DNA of 64,000 bases from a virus. The stretch covers positions 49,295 to 113,294 of the IMG/VR virus record IMGVR_UViG_3300025010_000004. The stretch is one strand, 5' to 3'. Shown here one piece after another: positions 1 to 8,888 of the stretch. The position numbers and the translations under genes were made by a program. The notes under the pieces are model-generated. The model did no database searches, was not told where the DNA came from, and worked only from the letters and a program-made list of their open reading frames with translations. Within the stretch, counting starts at the first letter, position 1; the number at the start of each line of letters is the position of its first letter.

Positions 1-467
1 GTAGAAACTACGAGCTTCCTGCCAGATTTTATAACGTCTCCTAGCCTCGGCAGAAACTGCTTGCGGTTACTGAGCTTAAGTTCAGGGGCGCAATATTCGA
101 TTATCTCGTCATTGTCCTCAAGCTGCTTGGCAAGAATTTTAGATATCTTACCCGGCTGGCCTTTCATAATAATCTCATTTTTAACCAGAGATATAGTAGA
201 AAGGTCAATCTGATTACCCTTTTGCACAGCCTGATGCAGTAGATGCGCAACAACAGAGTAAGCAACAGGGTAATCCTTCCGCAGCATCTGTTCAGATTTG
301 ACCATAGGGATCTCAACGCGAAACATGTTGTCTTCGTTAAGCCCAACCATAGCGTCGATTTCAGCCTTAGCCTTGCGCATTGTGGCATACACTTTGTCAA
401 GCGCGCCTGTAGGAATCCTGCGCTTTCGCAAAACCAATTCAATAGTTTTCAGCATTTCTTTGTTCAT
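1..467 (-). CDS. hypothetical protein, runs off the window edge
   Basis: Manual translation: ATG at 467 after AAGGAGG RBS, MNKEMLKTIELVLRKRR..., open to base 1; absent from ORF track. Confidence 0.75.
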   Translation of the reverse strand, partial: MNKEMLKTIELVLRKRRIPTGALDKVYATMRKAKAEIDAMVGLNEDNMFRVEIPMVKSEQMLRKDYPVAYSVVAHLLHQAVQKGNQIDLSTISLVKNEIIMKGQPGKISKILAKQLEDNDEIIEYCAPELKLSNRKQFLPRLGDVIKSGRKLVVS

Positions 468-488
468 TAAGGCCCTCCTTGCCGTTTT

Positions 489-677
489 TTATTTCTTCTG
501 AGCTGCCTCGATAAGCTTGGTAAGCTTTGCTCTCTCCTTCTTTGCACCTACACCTGCACCCAACCGCTTATCCAGCCGGTCGATTTGCTGCTGCGGCGTA
601 AGAAGGCCCCTCTGTTCGGCCCTAACCTGGGCGTCTTTACGTCTCTGGTCTTTTCTTTCAGGTGAATTAACAATCAT
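489..677 (-). CDS. small basic hypothetical phage protein
   Basis: 62 aa, AAGGAGG RBS, co-oriented with neighbours. Confidence 0.7.
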   Translation of the reverse strand: MIVNSPERKDQRRKDAQVRAEQRGLLTPQQQIDRLDKRLGAGVGAKKERAKLTKLIEAAQKK

Positions 678-713
678 GGTAGACCTCCTTGTGCTTGGTA
701 GTGTTTCGTTTGG

Positions 714-1139
714 TTACTTCCACCCCTTCTCTTCAAGTAGCCGTCTGAAGCGCGCTGCTTGTTCTTTTGCTTCAATAACTAGCTTGGCTTCTTCTACTTC
801 CCGCGCAGCAATCGCTTCGTCGGTAAAGTAGGTGTTGTACTTTTTTACTGCTATTTTTAGCTTCTTCCAGCCATCTGCGTGAATAACACAGGACCTAGAC
901 GGATGCCCTACTGGTGCGTTTAGTAAGTCTCTAGACAGCACCCTAAACTCAGCACCAGTAGTTGGGCCTGGTCGGCCATACGAAGAGCTGGCAAGTCTGA
1001 ACTTTGTAGTAGATATAAATCTTCGACTTTTATCTCCGAAATCTACGTAAGCGTGCGTCTGCTCCAGTATAGTTACTCTACAAAGTTCGAAATTATGCTC
1101 CGGGAGTAATTCTCCTTTAATCTTAATGTGCTTTGCCAT
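714..1139 (-). CDS. EQTH-family paralog 1
   Basis: KHIKI..VTILEQTH..FGD..W.KLK.AV..YN.YF pattern shared with 9 other genes; RBS GGGAGG. Confidence 0.85.
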   Translation of the reverse strand: MAKHIKIKGELLPEHNFELCRVTILEQTHAYVDFGDKSRRFISTTKFRLASSSYGRPGPTTGAEFRVLSRDLLNAPVGHPSRSCVIHADGWKKLKIAVKKYNTYFTDEAIAAREVEEAKLVIEAKEQAARFRRLLEEKGWK

Positions 1140-1158
1140 GAACCTCCCTTCTTAGAAT

Positions 1159-1183
1159 AGGCTGCGCTTAATAAGCGCAGCCT
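1159..1183. terminator. perfect inverted repeat, likely terminator or processing hairpin
   Basis: AGGCTGCGCTTA-A-TAAGCGCAGCCT, intergenic. Confidence 0.55.
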
Positions 1184-1199
1184 TTACTCATCCGTAGTA

Positions 1200-1544
1200 T
1201 TACCCGATAATTACCGTGCATACATCCGCTTTTTTCGGAGCCGGTGCAGGCACACATGCGAAGTACTTGTTATAGGCTTCGACAGCGGCTTTGAATTTGG
1301 CGTAGGTGGTTATGGGCATGGTGAGGGTGTAGTTGTTGCGGTAGGCGTTGTGGCCGCGAACAAAAACTTTATTGGCACCATCTACCTCAGGGTAAGCTGC
1401 GCTAGCAATGGTAAACCCACAGTGGGTAAACCTATCACTGCAGTCCCCGAAGTTGCTGTTAATATGAGTTTGCGAAAGGATCTGAACTTTTACAGTCTGG
1501 AAATCAGGAGCCACCGGGGTTACTTTACACGTAATTTTTTTCAT
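1200..1544 (-). CDS. EQTH-family paralog 2 (CxVIIG tail)
   Basis: ILSQTH..FGD..VRG..AAVEAYNKYF..PAPKKADVCTVIIG*. Confidence 0.85.
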   Translation of the reverse strand: MKKITCKVTPVAPDFQTVKVQILSQTHINSNFGDCSDRFTHCGFTIASAAYPEVDGANKVFVRGHNAYRNNYTLTMPITTYAKFKAAVEAYNKYFACVPAPAPKKADVCTVIIG

Positions 1545-1602
1545 TAATTTTCCTCCTTGGAATGTTGTGGGGCCGCTTAGGCGGCCCCTGTGTGAAATAG
1601 AA

Positions 1603-1953
1603 TTAGCCGACGATTACAGCACACGCATCAGCTTTGGGAGCCGGTGGAGCACAGACAGCGTTTACACGGTTGTACTCTTTGACCGCCTCAACAACTTTCG
1701 CCCACAGCTTTTTGCCAACAACGACGGTGTTTCCGTTTTTGGCAGCGTCGGACCCACGGAGCCAGATGGTGTTATTGTCATCTTTGTCACGGGCGGGGTG
1801 CTTGTTGGAACCGAGGACGATTCCGTTGGAAGCGCGGAACTTGTTGCTGTAGCCCTTACCGAAGGCGTATCCGGTGTGGGTCTGCTCGGTAACATTAAAC
1901 ATGACCTTATTGTAGTTCGGGTTCACCACGGCCTGAAGTATAACTTTTTTCAT
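1603..1953 (-). CDS. EQTH-family paralog 3 (CxVIIG tail)
   Basis: VTEQTH..F.ASNGIVL.SN.HPARD..WLRGS..AVKEYN..ADACAVIVG*. Confidence 0.85.
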   Translation of the reverse strand: MKKVILQAVVNPNYNKVMFNVTEQTHTGYAFGKGYSNKFRASNGIVLGSNKHPARDKDDNNTIWLRGSDAAKNGNTVVVGKKLWAKVVEAVKEYNRVNAVCAPPAPKADACAVIVG

Positions 1954-2073
1954 GAGAATTCCTCCTTTGTCTTTCGGGCATAGCCCTACAGTTAACTTGG
2001 TAGGAGGCTAACCGACTCCGCCGGAAGCCTCCTTGTATATAAATTTATTCAGTTGTTCGCTACTGTGTTAATA

Positions 2074-2475
2074 TTAGCCGATGATTACAGCGCAGAAATC
2101 AGCAGGCTGTGCCGCAGGCTTACGCGGTGCCGGAGCCTTGGGAGCTGCATAGCAGCGAGGATCTGCGAAATCGAAGGCATTGTACTCTTTAACAGCAGCG
2201 ACGATTTTTTCCCACTCAGCTTTGGTACATTCAACTGCGGAATCGTTGCTTTTCGCCTTGGAGCCACGCAGCCAGATAACGTTCTTCTCATCTGTGTCGC
2301 GTGCCGGGTGGCTGTTGGAAGCAAGAACGATGCCGTTGCTGGCAACGAACTTACGGGGGTCAAGGCTCCGCACGTCACCGAAGTCGCGTCCTTTGTGTGT
2401 CTGCTCCAGCACTTTAAAGAGCACCTTCGTAAAGTTGGGAACGACTTGTGCGGTAATCTTGATGTGTTTTCTCAT
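2074..2475 (-). CDS. EQTH-family paralog 4 (CxVIIG tail)
   Basis: Start moved to MRKHIKI at 2475 (AAGGAGG RBS); close paralog of 1603..1953; ends ADFCAVIIG*. Confidence 0.85.
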   Translation of the reverse strand: MRKHIKITAQVVPNFTKVLFKVLEQTHKGRDFGDVRSLDPRKFVASNGIVLASNSHPARDTDEKNVIWLRGSKAKSNDSAVECTKAEWEKIVAAVKEYNAFDFADPRCYAAPKAPAPRKPAAQPADFCAVIIG

Positions 2476-2508
2476 GGTAAATCCTCCTTTTGTTTGTATG
2501 CTGTTTAG

Positions 2509-2524
2509 GTAGAACAAGTTCTAC
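2509..2524. promoter_or_regulatory. GTAGAA-N4-TTCTAC palindrome
   Basis: GTAGAACAAGTTCTAC, intergenic, upstream of RBS. Confidence 0.8.
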
Positions 2525-2538
2525 CTTCCCAACAGTGG

Positions 2539-3108
2539 TTAATGTTTATTCCTGTTTCCTCCGAAGTAGACCTTTTGATAGGCACGCTCCGCGCGCCAAG
2601 GCTCTACTTTTTCTTTAGCCGGTCTTTCCTTAACAGGAACACCAACCTTTTTGACTGCTGCGCTTATGGAACTCTTTTCTTTTTCTGGTTCTTTTACATC
2701 ATGAAACTCGTTGTACGCTTTTACCGCCTGCTTGAACCGATCATAGGTTTCTTTGCCAAGCTCGAACGATACTTTTCCTACATCGCTAGGACGAAACAAA
2801 AGAACTACACAGGTTCGATAGTGCAGACCTGGCTCATATTCACTAATTCTACCAAGCTCCAGAGAATACAAGTTAAGAGCATCTTCACCCTCAACTTTGT
2901 GGTTGAACACCTTAGACTTGTCGTTAAAATTTTCACCAAAATGAGTCTGTTCGGTTATAGTCACCTTAACGGTTTCAAATAACGGAGGTGTTATTTCCGC
3001 CTTATATTTTATGTGTCTTCTAACTTTTTTAGTAACAAAAGCACCTGTAACCCATTCGTACCGTTCAGGGTAAGTCTCTCCCTCATGGTAGGTGTAGTAT
3101 TTATACAT
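2539..3108 (-). CDS. EQTH-family paralog 5 (N- and C-terminal extensions)
   Basis: RHIKY..VTITEQTHFG..FKQAVKAYNEF. Confidence 0.8.
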   Translation of the reverse strand: MYKYYTYHEGETYPERYEWVTGAFVTKKVRRHIKYKAEITPPLFETVKVTITEQTHFGENFNDKSKVFNHKVEGEDALNLYSLELGRISEYEPGLHYRTCVVLLFRPSDVGKVSFELGKETYDRFKQAVKAYNEFHDVKEPEKEKSSISAAVKKVGVPVKERPAKEKVEPWRAERAYQKVYFGGNRNKH

Positions 3109-3119
3109 TTTAGCCCTCC

Positions 3120-3383
3120 CTATGTAAAGATGTAGCCACTAATTTTCAACAGCGCCCTACAGGATTTACATAGGTCCGAAAAAGAAGATACCTCTTCTCC
3201 ATTTTCGTCTGCGTCGCCGACAGTGGCTCCATCGTCTGAATAGTAACTTCCTTTACAGCACCAACATCCTTTCTTGTCGGAGTGCTCTCTGCCATTAACC
3301 CTTTCAACGAATGGGTCTTCTGATGTTTCTCCTACTTCTAGGATTGGGTTTTCCTTGTTAAATTTATTAAGATCAAAGTCCAT
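3120..3383 (-). CDS. hypothetical protein with Cys pairs (possible Zn binding)
   Basis: CWCC and CKSC. Confidence 0.6.
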   Translation of the reverse strand: MDFDLNKFNKENPILEVGETSEDPFVERVNGREHSDKKGCWCCKGSYYSDDGATVGDADENGEEVSSFSDLCKSCRALLKISGYIFT

Positions 3384-3423
3384 TTTACCCCCGTAGAAAC
3401 GTTTTAAGTTAGTTAAGGCTACC

Positions 3424-4017
3424 TTACCCTTTATCTGAAAATAAGTCCAGTTGTAGCTCAGATTTGGGCTCCTCAGCTATGGTTTCTTTTTCTATGACAG
3501 GGGCAATATAGTCCTCTATCTTAAATTTCTTAGCTGCGGTCTTTAGAGGAGGCGAATATCCCCAACTTAACGGTTTTTCCTGCGCCAGAAATTTGGACAA
3601 TTTGAGCTTAGGCATGCGGGGCACGGTCAAATCTTTTTTGTCGTACATGTAAATTTTACATGCGTTAGCTATGCTGTCCTCCATAGAGCCTCTAGTAACC
3701 AGGAGATTTAGCCTCTCTGCTTCTATGAAAATGGCCCACATATCACGCTTGAAATCAGCGCGTATTGCTTCAGGCACGTAATCGTAACTGCATACCCACA
3801 ATTTACACTGCAGTGCCTTTACAGTGCATCCCCCAATCCCAAGGTATTTACAGTTAACGCAGCAGAAGTTTTCTCCTTCCCTTCTACGATGACGCTCGCA
3901 AGCTCCGCCGCTAATATGGCATGGATCGTAGTCAACCAGAAGTTGCAAAGTTCTATCATACAGATTGTTGAAAATAGGGATGAGCTTTTTAGCGTAGTCG
4001 TATTCTCCTACTGGCAT
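3424..4017 (-). CDS. Cys-rich hypothetical protein (possible Fe-S/Zn binding)
   Basis: PC..GAC..FCCVNCKYL...GCTVKALQCKLWVC; RBS AAGGAGG. Confidence 0.7.
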   Translation of the reverse strand: MPVGEYDYAKKLIPIFNNLYDRTLQLLVDYDPCHISGGACERHRRREGENFCCVNCKYLGIGGCTVKALQCKLWVCSYDYVPEAIRADFKRDMWAIFIEAERLNLLVTRGSMEDSIANACKIYMYDKKDLTVPRMPKLKLSKFLAQEKPLSWGYSPPLKTAAKKFKIEDYIAPVIEKETIAEEPKSELQLDLFSDKG

Positions 4018-4029
4018 GTAACACCTCCT

Positions 4030-4351
4030 TTAATCTTTGAAATACTCGTTGTATTCGTTAACCGCAGCTACTACCTCAGGCCAACGCGCAAATGGAATTG
4101 ACAGTTCGAAGTTATCTTCGTTTTTGTTATCTCCTTTGAGGAAAACATAATAGTGCTCACCTTCAAGAAAAGCCTCCGGCCTTCCCAAATCACTCATTAA
4201 TATGACTAGATTCGATGCCTTAAATTGATCTTCATATGCTCGGTCTTCGTAGGCACACCCGAACTCTTTATACACATGGGTCTGCTCTATTATTCTGACG
4301 CGCATTCTATCACCTTCGTCAGGCTTAGCTATCAGGCTTAATGTGCTTCAT
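4030..4351 (-). pseudogene. EQTH-family paralog 6 with a one-base insertion near the 5' end
   Basis: MKHIK (ATG 4351) is one base out of frame with LIAKPDEGDRMRVRIIEQTH...AAVNEYNEYF; could instead start at internal ATG 4305. Confidence 0.6.
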
Positions 4352-4361
4352 TCATGACCTC

Positions 4362-5738
4362 CTACTCGATGGTTATAAGGTACGTTCCAGTATCCTTTGC
4401 ATTATCTTTTTTGGTTGTCTTTGCCGGCGTGTTCTCGTAAGTTACAGCAGACACTTTTTCTTCGACTTTTCGCACAAGATCAACCTCGACCACACCTTTA
4501 GGCTTCACTCCCCTTCTAGCCTTCGGTTTAACCTCAGCCACTACTGCCGCTTCTTCTACCTTCTTTTTAGCTGCTGGCTTCTTAGTCACAACAGGCGGAG
4601 GTAGAACTTCTTCTACCTTTGGAGGCTCTACTACAGGTGCTTCAATTTTGTTTATATGTACAATCTTATTTCCAGGTATGTACCCCTTGTAGTTGTACGT
4701 GCTTCCTACACGGGTCCAATCTGCATGCTTACTGGCCAGCCCAAACACGAAGTCTCCAGCAGTTTCGTCGTAGCAAACAGAAAAGTCTTTACGTTGATTA
4801 TCACAATTAGGTAACGGGCACCAAGGAACTTTAACGTCACCAAGGGCTTCATGATAAACCGCAGGAACTCTGTAGTCGCAGAGAGTATCCATAGAGTATA
4901 ATTCAGTCTTTCCCTGTTTCTTCATGGCTTCGATTACCTGGGTTCTATATGCAGCCGATACGCATTTAACATCCCCATAATACGGGTATTCATCTTTGGC
5001 CATATTTTTACGGTATATCATCCACCTTGCGACTGGCTTTCCATCTACCATGAGATAGCAACCTTTAGCGTAGGGCTGGTAGTGATACCACGCAGAAGGG
5101 TAAACCCCAGTATCATCAGCCACTTTAGGCCAAACCTTTCGGCTAATGTCTCCCCAATAGTCGTTTCCGACTCCCATGCAAGAGCCAGGAACTTTGGTCT
5201 TGTACATTGTGTAGTAGTCTCTGACGGAGTTACATACCACTATCGCAGAAGGTAAGAAGCTGTCGGACACCATTTTGGCTAAATCTCTCACTTGTGCGTC
5301 TCCATAACCAAGCTCCTTTAAATTTGTGTAGTCAGCCACAAGTTTGGCGAATGTGGTAATCTCCCACTTTAACGCTAGCTTAACTGCTCGCTCTGGAGTT
5401 GCAAACCTAACCTCCGTCTTTGGGTCTTTCAGAATTTTGGTTATATATTCAAGCACGTCTTCTGCTTTGAAGTTAGCTTTAATGTTAGGGTATACCCTAA
5501 CCTTGTCGGGATCGGATTTTACAGGGAGGGCAAGGGGCATTTCCGGCTTTACTTTGTAGCCGTAGCCTGCTCCTTCAATAACACCTTTTATCTTCTTGGT
5601 GACATTTGCCTTTATCTTCGGCAATGTTATTGCAAGCCGGAGGAACTTTTCAGCAGGCTTACCCACAACTTCTTTTGACTTCTCTGCTGTCTCAGGTTTG
5701 AGTTTGCCGAGTGCGTCCTTGTAAAATTTAAGTGCCAC
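4362..5738 (-). CDS. hypothetical phage protein with SCM motif and Pro/Lys-rich tail
   Basis: 458 aa, GTG start with AAGGAGG RBS; GSCMG...YLMVDGKPVARWMIY. Confidence 0.8.
   Translation of the reverse strand: MALKFYKDALGKLKPETAEKSKEVVGKPAEKFLRLAITLPKIKANVTKKIKGVIEGAGYGYKVKPEMPLALPVKSDPDKVRVYPNIKANFKAEDVLEYITKILKDPKTEVRFATPERAVKLALKWEITTFAKLVADYTNLKELGYGDAQVRDLAKMVSDSFLPSAIVVCNSVRDYYTMYKTKVPGSCMGVGNDYWGDISRKVWPKVADDTGVYPSAWYHYQPYAKGCYLMVDGKPVARWMIYRKNMAKDEYPYYGDVKCVSAAYRTQVIEAMKKQGKTELYSMDTLCDYRVPAVYHEALGDVKVPWCPLPNCDNQRKDFSVCYDETAGDFVFGLASKHADWTRVGSTYNYKGYIPGNKIVHINKIEAPVVEPPKVEEVLPPPVVTKKPAAKKKVEEAAVVAEVKPKARRGVKPKGVVEVDLVRKVEEKVSAVTYENTPAKTTKKDNAKDTGTYLITIE
4601..4616. promoter_or_regulatory. 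GTAGAA-N4-TTCTAC palindrome (intragenic)
   Basis: AG-GTAGAACTTCTTCTAC-CT inside 4362..5738. Confidence 0.5.
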
Positions 5739-5781
5739 TGTTGTAATCCTCCTTAAAAGTAAAAAGTATACTTCTAGTTCT

Positions 5782-5970
5782 TTAGATAACCCATACTATA
5801 AGCGCTTCAATTCTAGCCAAGCATACTTCTAACGTAGGGGCAAACCTTATGTCTGCGTTGTCAATGTTGAACGCCATACAGAAGGCGGTTCCGAAATTCC
5901 ACAAGGGGTAAGGGTCGCTGAGGTATTTATTCTTGAATTCCGCGAAATCACGGTAGCTCAGTTCGATCAT
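5782..5970 (-). CDS. hypothetical protein
   Basis: 62 aa, AAGGAG RBS. Confidence 0.65.
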   Translation of the reverse strand: MIELSYRDFAEFKNKYLSDPYPLWNFGTAFCMAFNIDNADIRFAPTLEVCLARIEALIVWVI

Positions 5971-6020
5971 GTGTTTTCTCCTTCATTAAAAAATTATAAT
6001 GTTTGACATGCATTTTTTAC

Positions 6021-6182
6021 TTGACAAAATCAACTTTTTGTGGTATAATGCATTCATCGAGCCGTTAGGCGAAGATGAATGCTATAGGGTTTTAAGGTTA
6101 TGCCTTGCTGTATGCCTTGCTGTATGCTTTGCTTATGACCTTAACCCTGTGTCTACCCCGCCCGAAGGGCGGGAGGCGTTTT
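6021..6182 (+). promoter_or_regulatory. sigma70 promoter + conserved hairpin + 12-bp repeats (module copy 1)
   Basis: TTGACA-17-TATAAT, then GCATTCATC-GAGCCGTTAGGCGAA-GATGAATGC, about 3x TATGCCTTGCTG, hairpin CCCGCCC-GAA-GGGCGGG. Confidence 0.8.
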
Positions 6183-6191
6183 AATGAGAAT

Positions 6192-6207
6192 GTAGAACAT
6201 GTTCTAC
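6192..6207. promoter_or_regulatory. GTAGAA-N4-TTCTAC palindrome
   Basis: Perfect GTAGAACATGTTCTAC, contains the TAG stop of 6204..7739. Confidence 0.85.
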
Positions 6208-7739
6208 CGGCCAAGTAACCTTGCACGTATATCTGATAGGTTACCGTCAACCAACAGCACCCCGTCCTTAAATATTGGACGCAGTAGGTCAGTGCCAGCT
6301 GCCGCTATCATGTTTTGGTTGGCTATTGACAATCCATCAATAGCCTCAATACCTTCAGCAGTCTGGACTACAACAACCCTACCGGTCAATGACTTTTTGA
6401 TCTTGTCTGTATCAGTGGCAGGATCTTTGAAGATATTAACTTCCTTTCCTTTAATTACGCAGTGCGTTGACTTCATAGCGAAACCAAAGGTATCCCTAGT
6501 ATTGTATTGGTAGGTGTACGAACCTATACCAAATACAATATTTGTGGAAGCGAATCCTTTGCGCTTTAGGCGCTCGCAGATGTCTTTAGCCCTCTCAATG
6601 GTTATAGAGTCGCCGTAGATAGCGCCTATGTGGGGGTCAAGCTGCTTGTATCCTTTGCTGTTGATAGTGCCTCCGAAGGTATCCCACAGGATTTCTATGA
6701 GTCCTTTATAGGCGCTTTCACTACACTCCGGGTCAAACCTCTCAACATATACCTCGTAAGTGGAATAGTCAATCGTAGTGTTTAGCCCACAAATAATATC
6801 AGCAGGATCTCCAGAATCAGGACGGATTACAACTTTACCATCCCTAGCCATGATAATATCTTTGAGCTTAGGAAGAATATTGCTGGTAACATGCCACAAA
6901 TCCCAAGTATCAGATACGAGAGATACAATTCCCGTAGGATATACGTCTTGGATTAATCTACGAAATGTTTCATACTCATCTACTTTTCCTCCAGCGCAGA
7001 CTACGCTGTGCTCAGTCGCCGGAACGCTACAGCCCACCAATTCTTTTTCGATATTGGCGTTGTATTTATCCTCAAGATAAAGTATAGCCGGAATAGTGTC
7101 TGTTCCTACAAACGATAGCAAGTGCCCTGCCCCACTTACACAAGCTGCTTCTACGGCCCCCATACCCCGCATTGAGAAATCGTGCCCCTGGAACTGCACG
7201 AAGTCTGGCATATCAGAAGTTTCCTCAGCGTATCTAGAAAGAATTTTGTGATATTCATACGCGATAGTGGCACTTGTGGAACCCTGCCACATCTCACACG
7301 AGGCCAAGGTTTCAATGTAGTTGGTAAGCCAGCCGAATCGTGGGTCGGTATTCTCAACAGTAAGCATAGGAACCCTTAGTGGAACAAGCGTTCCCTCCGG
7401 GACCGCTTTTATCAACAAAGGAAGATGCCCAAGTTCATGTAGCGCTCTTATATGTGTAGTATCAGGTTCCGCCACGCCTAACGTGAATTTAATCACCCTG
7501 CCGTACTCTCCAGCAACTTCATCAACAGGACGGCTGAAGAAGTTTTCGTTAAAGAAGTCGATAAGCCAGTCTTTAACGAACCCCTGGAAGGAAAACGCCA
7601 CCACTTTGTCAACGAACTTAATCCTTGACGTGCGAGGAATCCATGTGCTGTACACAATCTCAGTTCCGTCAGGATACTGGTCCTTGTGTCCGATTTTGTA
7701 GAAATCACACAGTAACGTTGCAATTAGTCCTTTACGCAT
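6204..7739 (-). CDS. nadV: nicotinamide phosphoribosyltransferase family (Nampt/Namat-like)
   Basis: DFYKIGH..QYP, HDFSMRG, SVPATEHSV, VSDTWD, VIRPDSGDP, IYGDSIT, GIGSYTYQYNTRDTFGFAMK. Confidence 0.93.
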   Translation of the reverse strand: MRKGLIATLLCDFYKIGHKDQYPDGTEIVYSTWIPRTSRIKFVDKVVAFSFQGFVKDWLIDFFNENFFSRPVDEVAGEYGRVIKFTLGVAEPDTTHIRALHELGHLPLLIKAVPEGTLVPLRVPMLTVENTDPRFGWLTNYIETLASCEMWQGSTSATIAYEYHKILSRYAEETSDMPDFVQFQGHDFSMRGMGAVEAACVSGAGHLLSFVGTDTIPAILYLEDKYNANIEKELVGCSVPATEHSVVCAGGKVDEYETFRRLIQDVYPTGIVSLVSDTWDLWHVTSNILPKLKDIIMARDGKVVIRPDSGDPADIICGLNTTIDYSTYEVYVERFDPECSESAYKGLIEILWDTFGGTINSKGYKQLDPHIGAIYGDSITIERAKDICERLKRKGFASTNIVFGIGSYTYQYNTRDTFGFAMKSTHCVIKGKEVNIFKDPATDTDKIKKSLTGRVVVVQTAEGIEAIDGLSIANQNMIAAAGTDLLRPIFKDGVLLVDGNLSDIRARLLGR

Positions 7740-8550
7740 CTCTTTTTACCTCCGTATAAAGTTGGTGTATGATAAGATTTTCTAGAGCAGTTGAATTACA
7801 CATTATGCTGTTTGTAGTATATACTTCGTCTATTAACTTTGATGTAAATATTTTCCCTGAGAATATAGTGTGCTCACAATGAGCAACCATAAGGTAAATA
7901 TTCGCAGCGCCATGGGATTTAAGCGCCTCGGCTGCCGCAATAAAAGTTCCGCCTTTGGAGCATAGATCGTCTACTATCAGAACTTTTTTACCTTTTACAC
8001 CTGTGCCTGACACAGAGTATTTTATGATATCACCAGTCTTGAAATCCCTTTCCTTGCTACCTACAGCGGAAGGATACCTTGCAACGTGACTATATCTCTT
8101 CTCAGCTCCTGCATCTGGGTAGAAAAGTATGGTGTTGTCCATTCCGTGCTTATCAACAAAGAGGGCCATGAGGGCTGGTATAATACTAATGTTTGTACAC
8201 CGGTTTAGAAGAGCAGTAGAAACGTCGGAATGTGCGTCAACTACTTTAACTCTCGCAAAGTGCATTGCGTTAATCATATCGCATATGTACTTTAAGTTGA
8301 AAGTGTATGTGTTGTTGGCTCTGTCCATTCTGCTGTACGGCATGTACAGAATCTTCAACGTCATTATGTTGTTCGGAATAACGTCATTCATGTAACTGCG
8401 AAGTATGTACAAGTCCATAAGGTCTTGATCGGTTTCGAACTTTAGTACAACAACTGAGCTGTTGTGAAAAGTTATCTTATTGTAGTTCAGGTATCTTTCG
8501 TTGTTAGGAAAAACACCGAACTCAACTTTTACATTGTCAATTAAAATCAC
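7732..8550 (-). CDS. prs: ribose-phosphate pyrophosphokinase family (Prs/Adps-like)
   Basis: FPNNE, YMPYSRMDR, DAHS, PDAGA, K.RD, IVDDLCSKGGTF; overlaps nadV start. Confidence 0.9.
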   Translation of the reverse strand: MILIDNVKVEFGVFPNNERYLNYNKITFHNSSVVVLKFETDQDLMDLYILRSYMNDVIPNNIMTLKILYMPYSRMDRANNTYTFNLKYICDMINAMHFARVKVVDAHSDVSTALLNRCTNISIIPALMALFVDKHGMDNTILFYPDAGAEKRYSHVARYPSAVGSKERDFKTGDIIKYSVSGTGVKGKKVLIVDDLCSKGGTFIAAAEALKSHGAANIYLMVAHCEHTIFSGKIFTSKLIDEVYTTNSIMCNSTALENLIIHQLYTEVKRDA

Positions 8551-8573
8551 TGGATGTTACCTCCTTTATTTAG

Positions 8574-8589
8574 GTAGAACATGTTCTAC
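8574..8589. promoter_or_regulatory. GTAGAA-N4-TTCTAC palindrome
   Basis: Perfect copy, contains stop of 8586..8879. Confidence 0.85.
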
Positions 8590-8879
8590 TTATGCATTTC
8601 TTCGTAGTATCCTATGATTGGAGTGGTTATCGCAACGAACACTAGCCCAAAGATAGCTGAGCAGAACCCTAGAGACACGACTTCCTTTACGGTAGATATA
8701 TCCATTACGAAGTAGGCCACTAGCAGGCCTATCCAGAAACACTGGCAGAACGCGCAGTTATTTAGGAACCTTGTAGGAGTGGTTTTACTCATTAGTTTAG
8801 TCAGCCAACGCATGTGCTTGTGCTGAAACAGGAAGAACTGAACCCCTAATACGGTTAGTAGGAAAATACAGAATAACAT
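8586..8879 (-). CDS. small membrane protein with CxxC..W motif (DUF1360-like)
   Basis: 3 hydrophobic segments, CAFCQCFW. Confidence 0.6.
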   Translation of the reverse strand: MLFCIFLLTVLGVQFFLFQHKHMRWLTKLMSKTTPTRFLNNCAFCQCFWIGLLVAYFVMDISTVKEVVSLGFCSAIFGLVFVAITTPIIGYYEEMHK

Positions 8880-8888
8880 TTTGCCTCC

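Noticed and set aside
164-831. ORFs 164..442(-), 243..470(+), 298..501(+), 517..831(+) and similar antisense ORFs throughout the track
   Set aside because: They overlap better-supported genes with RBS and family motifs in another frame or strand.
6050-6082. Hammerhead ribozyme (GA-stem-GAA resembles stem II)
   Set aside because: No CUGANGA core or GAAA/NUH junction; the flanks pair directly with each other.
6192-6207. Palindrome as a Gram-positive LexA box (GAAC-N4-GTTC)
   Set aside because: Here GAAC and GTTC are 2 nt apart, the inner C/G vary, and the invariant part is GTAGAA/TTCTAC.
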